DNA of 64,000 nt, from the NCBI GenBank assembly GCA_973851085.1, contig OZ316776.1:12834001-12898000 (forward strand). The letters run 5' to 3'. Source of the stretch: Ptychomitrium polyphyllum. Lineage: Eukaryota. Made by a program: the position numbers and the translations under genes. The notes under the pieces were generated by a model that was not told the DNA's origin, did no database searches, and saw only the letters and a list, made by a program, of their open reading frames with translations. Each line of letters opens with the position of its first letter. Position 1 is the stretch's first letter. Below are positions 53,600 through 64,000 of the stretch, one piece after another.

Positions 53600-53810
53600 A
53601 TCTTCAAAGCTCTATGCCCTTGCAAAGTTTGTGATATTTCCATATTAAATTATTGTTCAAAAGGTAGTCCAAGCTTTTGTTCAAGAATGCCATATTTTGA
53701 CCATAGATTCTAACTTTAGTTCATGATCAATCTTAACATTGTCAATGATATAAAAAACCAGATTTTGCATATATTATAGATGAATGAATACATCAACTAT
53801 ATGTTGTAGA
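53600..53810 (-). mobile_element. Possible LINE reverse-transcriptase relic
   Basis: 'LQHIVDVFI' followed after a frameshift by 'YIIDNVKIDHE' (53752-53720), like the RT 'R.I.DN....HE' motif. Confidence 0.3.
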
Positions 53811-56800
53811 AATCTTTAAAAGTATTATGAAAATAAGAAAAAGAAATATCTCTTTAAAGTCATTAGAATGAAAATATATGTCTAACCATATGATATACTC
53901 AAAATTTTCTATTGCTTTATTATAAATACAAAATTAAATAAAGAATGCCATGGTTAATGAAAAAAAAATTGTTATTTCAAAATTAGCAAGAATAACACCT
54001 CTTGAGTGTAGGTGTTGAATTTATAAGCGCAATAAAGTACTATGTTTAAATGTTTTTTCAAAGTTTGAATCAAATTAAAATTTAGAATTAATGAATCTTA
54101 TTTTTTTAAATACTCAAATGCAAAAAATATCATTTTGAGATTTATCCAAAAGTTTAGCAAATCCAAAGCGCACTATGTACTCATTCATTATTACTCCTAT
54201 GTTTGCATTAGAATTAATTTTTTCTTAGATACAACTTTTTCACATTATATTTTTAAGGTGTGTCTTTTGTATAAATGAAAGCCATTGATAATTTACAACA
54301 CAAACATTAAAGCACTCATGGTTTGGAAGAATAGTTAATAGAGCTTTGGGCACCTAGTGCAAACTAAGAATTGATTGGTGGAATTAATTAGCTTTAGAAG
54401 GTCCAAATTGAAGGCTCTCTCACTATGTTTAAACATTGCAAAAGTTCTTCATTGATTTATCAAAACATACTTCAAAACCCAGTTATACTCCTTTTCATGA
54501 TAGAAATGAATTTTGAAGCGTGTTTAACAAAACTTTTATTTTGAAGGAAGACTTAATGGACAGCCCTAAAACCTCTTTTAAACACAAATTTACTTTAAAT
54601 AATCTAGTGTTATTTTGTAGAAGTGCAAAAACACCAAGAACGTTCCAAACAAAAATCAAATGAAAATATTTTTCTACCATGTAGATTTGAGAATTCATTG
54701 TCACTGAGAAGCCTCAAAAGTTCTATGGCATGGTTTCAACATTTAAATAGATTCTGATGTAAGTGAGAACTTTGACACTGTGCACAAAGATAAATTACAC
54801 TACTAAAGTGGAGGTTCATTTTTCTACCTGACTCAAGTCTTGGTATTGAAGTTTAGCCAGATTATTGGCCTTCAGGACACCGAGATGGCCTATGCCATGG
54901 CTTGCACTCTGTCTATGGCCATGAAGGACCCAATTGCTTCTACACTACCCGATGGTACATTTAGTACCTGGAAGTGTATCTGTAAAAATCAAACTTTCTA
55001 CATGTAGTGCAGATCACTCATAACAGCTGTGTTGACTTCAACCACAAGACTTTAATCAATATTCCCTAGACAAAAACATGTTTGCCAACAAGAGCTAATA
55101 TAAGCATAGAAACCTACAAGGGCTTTCACAACAGACAGAATGTAATTTATCATTAAGGGGACTGTTGCACCTAGGGCCCATAACTATCTAACAACATGTT
55201 TGCAGGCATTTTCATTATACCATTAAAGAGAAGCTAAAAGTTCCACTGAAGCTGGAGCACAGGCGTATCTGATGTAGTAAATGCTTTCGCTTCCTCTTTA
55301 TTTGTTCCAAGTGAATTTCAAAGTTAGAAACTAATTAGATTTATCTAATCATGGCTAAGGAAAATCATTTTAGGAAAGAGCAGCCAGTGCTCAGGGCTGA
55401 GGATGGAATCTTCTCATAGTTTTCTAGTCCCTACAAAAGGAGCCAGAGAACCCAGTGCTATCAAATGACAAAGAATCTTCTCATATTGAAGTGCTCTGTT
55501 TTAAATCTACTGCACCGATTGTAATAGAGCTCGTATAAGGTAGGAGCACCTATAATCGATATGTACCTTGTTTTAACATCTATTAAATCATCTAAACGTA
55601 CATGCTAGATTAATGAGTCTTCAAAACTCATAGATGTGGATTATAAAAGTTACATTAATTTTCAACAACAATTCATAATAAATTTGTAAAGAATTAAAAA
55701 ACATGAATTTTTTCAATTTTGAGTTTACAATATTTTTATATATGTACATACAACAGTTAATTGTAGGTAAATTCAACATATGTAGGTATAGCTGAATACC
55801 AAAAGTAATGGTTTTAATTGTTTCCTCCTTAAATTGTATTTGTTGTGCTATGGTATTGATTATGCCTTAGAAGATATGTCAATAGTTGGCCATTGGGCAT
55901 TGATTTTAGTTGAGAGTCCTCAACAAATCAATGTGTTTCATTTTTTTTTAAGGATCTTTCAAAATAAAAAGAAATAACAATCATTCATATTCCATTATTG
56001 GATATTTATGTTTGTCAAATATAAACTAGGAAAGCATCATTACTACTTCTTAATGAAAAGTTGGAAAGTATACATTATAAATTATGCAAAAATAAAACTA
56101 AAATTATATATAAATCCAATGGATTATTTTAATTAAATTTGTGTAAATTTTTTTTTTTTATCATGCCATGAGTTCTACTACTAATAAAAAAATAATGAAT
56201 TTTATATACCATGTTTAGGTTCAAAATAATATAGATTATTGAAACAATATCTTGTTTTAAATTTGTTTGCCACCAATAACAAGCATCTATTAAGACAAGA
56301 AATGTAATTGTTGTACTAATCAACAAAGCATTTTTGGAAAAAAGAGTGAAGGAACCATAATTACATTGTTCTTTCTTAAGAAAACTTTTCCATATTTTAA
56401 ATGAGTCAAAATATTAAAAAAAACAAACACCAACTTGCAAGCACAAAGGGTATTCAAGCTTTCAATGTTCTAAAGCACTACCAACTTCAAAACTTAGAGT
56501 GCTCTTCATGTTGGATGAACTAATTAATGAGCATTAGTTGTGTCACCAAGCATGGTGGGACATGATTCACACTTGGATGGCACACCATGGGCACATCCTC
56601 TAGTCGCAAAGCAAGTGTGGTGATCATAGGAAGTATAAAATTGAAAAGGATTTTGAGAAAATTTGGGGTGTTACTGGGATTATTTGTGTAGCAGAATTTC
56701 ACTGCCACATTGGAAATTTGCTCAAGTGCTCTCTTAAATCTCAATGGTTTGACAATAAGACCTTGGGTTTGTAGTATTTGGTATTTCTTCTTTGCACATT

Positions 56801-59471
56801 AAAAATCAGTATAATTTCAAGAGAACGAAAGAATGAAAAATTACAACATAGAAAGGTACAGCTCAGGATTGCATTCAAAATCAATTTTCAGTTTTATTTG
56901 AAAATTTTAAATGAAATCAAAACTCTAATACCACAGTGGAGTTGCATCAGAGTTGAAGTCTGCCCAGAATCTGAATTATACCACCCGGCACCTCAAGAGT
57001 CTGGATTTTATCAATTGGCTTGTGTTATAGTGCTGGCTGATACTGTAATCACCCTACATTGCCAAAATTTGCAATGTCACTTTGACGAGGGCTTTCAATA
57101 TAAATCAACACTGACCAGTCCTAATTACCTGCAGTCTGAGGCAACTTTAAAAGCTTCAGCTTCAGCATGGCCTCATAGTCTAATAAAAGTGTCATATTTT
57201 CATACTTCCAATCCATCAACATGTTTCTCCAAAACTCTATGGAGGATTTGTTAGGTGTGGGAAACTATCCTTTTAAGTATTTTCTTGTTAGTCGGCCATT
57301 AACTAGATAACACTTAATAGTTCAAAAGAGTTATTTTTCACCACAATACATTCAAAAATCCTCAAAACCAACTATCAAAGTAAAACTAGACTTTGGCTTA
57401 CACTCAAATTTAATTTTTGCTCAAATAAAGTCTTGAAGATGATGTAAGAAAAATTTATTAGCAAAATAATATACAAAGAGAGATATGAAACTCACACAAG
57501 GAAGCTAATAAATGAAACATTGCATTCCTTCTCTAAGCTTATATACACTAAATTAAGTCATAAAACTTAGTTTAGAAGGAATTATCAATCCAAGTTGTTG
57601 ATTGATAAAAAAAATTCCTTAACAATAATCCTTCCAAGTCACTTTTGAATTGGCATCATAAATTTCACTTCTTTGTAAACTTAAACTTCAAATTTGGTAA
57701 GTAAGTTCATGTGAAAATAAAAAATGGTTCACTTTGGATAAATTTGAAAAGGTTGCATGCCACTTATAATGTAGAATATTGTTCAAGACTTCCAATTTGA
57801 TTAGATGTGAACAAACTATGTTATTTTCTATGATCCATGTTATAATTTCATGAACACTTTATTAGCCTATCAAGTCATAGTTGCTATAATAAGTAAGATT
57901 TCAATAATACATGTAAAATATACAATTGGTTGGGAAATTGGAAGATTATTGATATCTTTGAGCAAATAAAAAAATTATATGATTATAAATCTATAATATT
58001 CAATGATAACCTTGACAACATAATCCTTCTTTAACTCTTATTTTGTACATGTAATAATCAAAGGTGTCCATGTAATGTCTGATTTAAAATAATTTTTTTT
58101 GTGTATGAGAAATTTTATATCAAACAAATAATTATAGCATCAAAATTATAAAATGACCGTACAACTTATGGAATGTATTTAATATAATGAATTGATGTTC
58201 ATTGGAAAGCATTCTTTTTAAAGAAGTTAAAAATATACTTCTTGTAAATAGCATTCATATGCTATATTGAAAAAAATTCCATTAACATTCAACTTTGTTT
58301 TATCCAAAGCTTCCATCCACAATCCTTCTTTCAATTATTTTATTAAAACAATTGAATTACTACAATTATTTTTCTATTATTTTTAATGAATATTTAAAAA
58401 TATATGCATCATTTTTGTACATCATTCAAAATTTATTTTAATATACAAAAAAGGATTCAAAAGCTACAAGACCTATAAGATATTATATAAAATAACAAAA
58501 CGGATGATCTAAAATAATAGCAAAAAACTATTCTTTTAGCAATTCCTAGAGTTTATAATGATGCATTGCAACAATATTGTTAATTTCATATGCTTTTAGA
58601 AATTTCTATTATTTGTTACAACAATTACAGTTTTATTTCTATAAATGCTTATTAATAAGGCCATAAAAATACATAGCATAAAAATAGTCTATTAAATCCA
58701 AATTATTTTGAATGGAATCAATTATATATTAATGTGCTCTAATTTCATCAATAGTAGCATTGGTGGCTTGGCATTCAACACTCTATATAAATCTTAGTAA
58801 ATAAATTCTTCTTTGCATGCCATGAACATTATTTGATTTGACTAAGATTTGGTTTTATTTTTTTCTAATTCTATTTTGGCTTTAATTATCTACTAATTTT
58901 AATTAGTATTTGATTGTTTACAGTAAAATATATACCTTAATTTCTTTTGGAAAGCAATAGTTTGAATCTTTTGAATACATAATAGATACTTCTTTCATAT
59001 TAGCACTTCAAAAGGAACTATAATAAATTACTTATTCATTAATAAATGAATTCATTCATTTAATTTATATTTTTAATCTATTAAATTTATTGAACTATGT
59101 TTCCTTGGTTTTAGAACTTAAAAACAAGATTTTTTTTTAAATGTTGTATTTCACACAAATCAACATCTAAACTTCTTTAAGCACAAATGGATTTTTTTAT
59201 AAAAACCCTAACATTTCAAGTCTTTGAAGATTTTTTGTAAAATTGATTTTTCATTGTTTAAGAACCATAAAGTAATGAACTAGACATTAAATAAAATTAA
59301 AAAAAACTTTTATTAGTGCAATTTATTTTAAAACAAGAAACATATTACAAAGATTGTTTTTTTCTATGAAATATAAATGCATGAAATTATTTGTTACTTT
59401 GATTATTTAATTTAAGCCATTATTTCTATAAACCTAAAGAATTACAATGTGTAAGTTTTCCAATGTATGTC

Positions 59472-59626
59472 TAAGATTGCGGCCTCATATAATAATATTA
59501 AACCTAAAATGGCTTGTTGATCTTAAGTAAACTACCAAATTGACTTGTTGATCTTAAGTAAACTACCAAATTGACTTGTTGATCTTAAGTAAACTACCAA
59601 ATTGACTTATTTAGTGGCCGCACTTA
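59472..59626. mobile_element. MITE-like unit: imperfect terminal inverted repeats enclosing a 31-bp tandem repeat (x3.3)
   Basis: TAAGATTGCGGCC (59472-59484) and GGCCGCACTTA (59616-59626); internal unit AAATTGACTTGTTGATCTTAAGTAAACTACC repeated across ~59506-59608. Confidence 0.45.
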
Positions 59627-60722
59627 AAAATAATGAAAAAACCAAATATGTTCAAAAGCTTAAATGTGTTTTTTCGAACATTTGTAATTGGTATAATTAA
59701 AACGTTATGTCTTTTATTTCAACACTTTTTAGAACAAAGAGGTCAAATAACATAAATTCAATAGTTATTGGATGATTTATGAGCTTCCAATATACTAAGC
59801 TTAACCTGATAGTCTCTTACTTAAAATAATATAAATTATTTATTTTATACTTGATCCACCGAGATAACCAAGGGGCTTTGACTCCTCAAAGCATGTGTGC
59901 ACCAAAGGTTTCTTACAAATCTCAATCAATCTCAAATTGATGTTTGTTTGAGATTGTAACAAGCTTAAGATAAATGTCTCTAAGATGAAAAGAAATTATA
60001 TTCCATGAGAAAATATAAGGTTTCAAGGTTCATTTGTGCATTTGGACATTCAAGTAAAATAGGGAACATTAGAATAGTTCACGTACGCTTTTATTTGTCA
60101 AAAATCTTTTGAGCCAATTAAGTTGGCTAAGGTTGAGAAGCGCTTCAAAATTGACTTCACACTAGGTTTTTAAAAGCCCAAGGGCTGGAAAAGAAGATGG
60201 TAGCAAAAGTGGCATTGTTTACAGTCTTTAAAATTTGTGGCAAGGTTACTTCAAATAGGTAGGTCTCAAAAAGAATTTGGAGGCACTGGCATAAAAAAGC
60301 TAAGAATTTCTGTTTCTTCAAGGTTTTATTTATTTTTCAGAAACGGCCTCTTTTCTCACAGAATATAATTTTCAACTTCTTTTAACTTGTTATTGCCTGG
60401 GTTCCAAAATATGCATCTTCCTTTCTTGACTATTGTGTCTTTTTTCTTTTTCTTATGTCTTTGCAGAAATTCTACAGCCTTGAGATGTTGTTGTTGCCAT
60501 AATTTTCTTCATTTCATTCACAATGGAATGAAAATTTATGCAAGATTATTGGAAATTCTTATAGTCACAAATTTGAATCCAAACAGTAGGTACTCACTAA
60601 TTTTGAGAACTTTTAGCAAACTTAGAATTGTTAAATTCATGAAGGAATATCCCATCTTGGTGGACTTATGGTTTCAAACTCTGGATATTATTATTGTCAA
60701 TCAAATTATGGTGATGCCCAAA

Positions 60723-61058
60723 TCTCAAAGTTATAATTCCATTGATTTAGAAACATCTCTCCATGAATTTGACATTTCTCTCAAAGTTATAATTCCATTG
60801 ATTTAGAAACATCTCTCCATGAATTTGACATTTCTCTCAAAGTTATAATTCCATTGATTTAGAAACATCTCTCCATGAATTTGACATTTCTCTCAAAGTT
60901 ATAATTCCATTGATTTAGAAACATCTCTCCATGAATTTGACATTTCTCTCAAAGTTATAATTCCATTGATTTAGAAACATCTCTCCATGAATTTGACATT
61001 TCTCTCAAAGTTATAATTCCATTGATTTAGAAACATCTCCCTATGAATTTGACATTTC
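60723..61058. repeat. 56-bp tandem repeat, 6 copies (five identical, last slightly variant)
   Basis: TCTCAAAGTTATAATTCCATTGATTTAGAAACATCTCTCCATGAATTTGACATTTC at 60723, 60779, 60835, 60891, 60947 and 61003; no spacers. Confidence 0.95.
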
Positions 61059-61849
61059 TAAATTCATTGATAAGTTTAAATTTAGTATAGATATTATTAA
61101 AAATTCTGCTTGGATGAATAAATTTTTATATGTGTAATATCCACAATTGTAACCGTTTGATTATATTCAAAATTTCAATCCATTAATGCATTGATAAATC
61201 TCACATATTTTTATCTTTTAGTTAACCTTAACAAAAGACTTTAAACCTTCTAATAGCAAACCTTTTCACCTATGGCCTACTACAAAGCTATTCTTCCTTT
61301 AAAGAACCATTCTTACTTAATCATTCTATACCATACATGATGCTTGTACTTCTTCATTTTTATTGAAGAAAATTGATTGTTACATGCAACTCTAGTGAAA
61401 TAATATTTGTTGTTCTCCAAAATAATTAAGACTATTAGAATCTAAAATTGAAATCAAGTTCTATTTGCAAATTTGTACCTCTGTAGTGATCTTACATCCA
61501 TTTCATGAATTCTTTTGGCCTTCCACCAAAATTTATTAAACCTTTTATTTTCTTTTATTAAAACTGCCTTATTTTCTTTATTGTGTAATTTTGAAGATAC
61601 TTCCCTACTTTCTTCCAAAGATTGATTGTTATTTGATATCACCTTCTTAATTTACACATCAACAATGAAAATTTATTTTCCTTATAATTTTTGTTTTCTA
61701 TAGAATTCACCAACTTCCATCTTCTTCATCAATTCCTTTTCTATGTCTTTTAATTTAGGTTTTATATATGTAATCCCTATTTATTTATCAAAATACAATC
61801 TATTCATAAAAAATATCTACATGTATAAATTTGCAATTTCAAAGAAGAC

Positions 61850-62250
61850 AATGCACATCTACATTGTTTTATAACATTTAAGTAATTGGAAAGACTATTA
61901 GAGAGTAAAGATCAAATTGAATAATCTATCAATGGTTCCAATTCCATATGGAATGTTATGCATTTTTGCAAACTCTCTTGATGAAGTCTTAAATCTGGTT
62001 TCATTTGAAATTCATTTGGACATTTTTTATGAATGCAATTTCATCATTGTTTAGAAACTCTCTTATAGTCCTTAAAATTATACTTTTTACAAATCTATAC
62101 ACTTCTCCAACACCATTTTCTTTGTAATTGCCATTAATTCTTTGTAACAAAATTGTTATTCTATTTTCTACTCAAATTAAGCCCAAATTCTCACAAAAAA
62201 ATCCAAAAGTAAGATGAAAACATGTGTCTTCCTTTTAAACTTGTACTTTG
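61850..62250 (-). mobile_element. Decayed PIF/Harbinger (DDE_Tnp_4) transposase fragment
   Basis: Motifs in the expected order despite frameshifts: KFKRKTH (62242-62222), GEVYRFVKSIILRTIREF (62108-62055), EFAKMHNIPYGIGTID (61975-61928; compare 'F...HGIP..IGAIDG'). Confidence 0.5.
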
Positions 62251-64000
62251 TATATGATCTAAACAAAAACCAATTCATAGAATCAGAGGGTTGTTCAAAA
62301 ATCAATGTGGAGCAAGCCCTTAAGGCAAAGTTTAAAAAAATTAATTGTTAGTTGCTATATTTATCCATCTTTGCAATATCAACCCCTATATATTGAATTT
62401 GTGATGCACTATTATATAGGAGCACTAATATTTTCTTATAATAACAAACTTATGCCTCTCCTCTTCCATGATGTTTAATTCTTCCATACAAGAGACAATA
62501 TAAGAAATAAATATAAAAAAGGTAGTAGAAGACAAAAAATAAGATGAAAGACTTTTAATGCAAATGGAACAATATAGTGAGAGATTGAAATCAATACGTA
62601 AGATTATCCTACATAATTAGAAAAGGTAAAAAAATACTAATGCTTTTTTCCACTTTACTTTACTTCCAAATGTTGTAACTTCTAAAAATTAACTTTTACT
62701 GAGAAGTTATTCTATGCAAAGAATCTTAAGAAAACTCTTTGAAACTTTTCCAGCAGCTTTTGGCTTTTAGTGTAAACCACTCCCTACCTGTGTTTTTATG
62801 ACTATGTACATACCATATTTGAATACTCTTACCACAATCACAAATTGAAAAATGGACCACTTTTATAAATTTACAAACCAAATTATGTGCTATGTATCAC
62901 CCTATCATTTCAGGATTCAATATGTACAACTTACATTCAAATCTTGGAAAATTTCATCAGTGCAGAACAATGTATTCATTTTCAAACAAGAAATCATTGG
63001 CATAACTGTCTATATAGAATTGTAATTTTTTTACAAATTAATCACCCAGAGTTGTAGCTGTGGTGCCATTATCTGTGAGTAGCACTCTCTACCAGGAAAG
63101 AAATGCCAGCTCGTAAATGTGTCAAAAGTCTGGAAAGTAAATATAAACAGTCACTGCAATGCAAACCCAGACTGCCTTCATTCATCCTTACTTCGTTGAT
63201 GTGTGGGATGAATGTTTGGAAACTAGAAGTGAAGTGCTTTAACTACCCGAGTTGCTAACACATTTACCGTGGCCATACCCTAATATCAAGAAAGGTTGAT
63301 AGGTACATTGCACAACAAGCTTTGACTTTGCTACTCTAGTAGGCTAGGCCAGCATTTTTCAAACATATCCATGTTGCCATGCAAACAAATTTTGTTATTG
63401 TAATTGACATGTCAATATCATATACACCCAGGCACATACAGAATGATTCACACGTCAATCATACACCCAAAGTGAGGAAAGCAGTAAAGAAAGAGAAGTC
63501 ACAACACCAATTGTGCCAACAAAGAATATCATGAGAGGAAAGGTATGAATAATGTTGATGAGTCACTGTCATGTCAACTATACAAGTAAACATCACCCAT
63601 CAAATTTATCTCATAAGTTGTGCAAGTGTAGAATTTCCACTATCAGAAACAATTGTAAGTTGCTGCACTCACTGTCTGAGTTTCAGTTCACATTAATATT
63701 CTTAATGTTATTCAGAGTTGAAGGAGGTTGGAGTATGAGGGGTAAGCACTTCACCTTGAAGGGTGAGTGAATATAGTTTGCCTATAAATGGAGAAGGATA
63801 CTAGTAATCATATTATAGGAGTTAAATTTACATTATGGGGATTTTGCTTATGTTTGAAGTACTCACTCTTAAATTTTATTTTCCTTTGAAATAATTGACT
63901 TTCACCTTGAAAGTTAAAAAGGTAAACAATCAATAATATTGATAGTGGAGACATATGGCATTGTGTGCATGAAAGTATGAATTTAGGTTGGGGGATTTGA

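Larger units (their letters stand above)
40860..64000. other. AT-rich, CpG-depleted block with no recognisable intact gene, largely decayed transposon sequence
   Basis: No ORF with a recognisable intact product; scattered broken TE motifs; CG dinucleotides rare except in small islands. Confidence 0.6.

Noticed and set aside
56490..56630. Possible MULE transposase motif (VNHVP / LGDTTNA, minus strand)
   Set aside because: Needs a frameshift and is too short to support a call.
60723..61058. CRISPR-like appearance of the 56-bp array (and the 31-bp array at 59.5 kb)
   Set aside because: Units are head-to-tail with no unique spacers, there are no cas genes, and the context is eukaryotic.

Overview
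Eukaryotic, intron-rich land-plant genomic DNA, most likely a moss or other bryophyte: it combines land-plant genes with a flagellar-type gene. Bases 1-40.8 kb are gene-rich. They hold the 5' end of an SMG1 NMD kinase (-, running off the left edge), an ICE1/SCREAM-type bHLH-ACT transcription factor (-, 7 coding exons), an RS-rich protein (-, 8 exons, GC-AG first intron), an 11-exon TIC32/retinol-dehydrogenase-like SDR (-) and a Trx-Grx-Grx monothiol glutaredoxin (GRXS17 type, -). The most notable gene, which the ORF track does not recover, is a 3-exon + strand gene at 36163-37323. It encodes a SAXO/FAM154-like protein (CxCxxCxCGxHxC N-terminus plus six Mn-type repeats), a candidate microtubule-inner/stabilising protein of plant sperm flagella. 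A candidate box H/ACA snoRNA lies just upstream of it on the opposite strand. There is also a perfect (TTTTA)137 tract. Bases 40.9-64 kb are very AT-rich and CpG-poor, with no recognisable intact gene; they contain decayed transposon relics (Copia-like LTR plus PBS, LINE RT, PIF/Harbinger, a MITE-like unit) and 31-bp and 56-bp tandem repeats. All exon structures were built by hand from splice consensus and frame continuity. Family assignments come from recalled motifs, not database searches.
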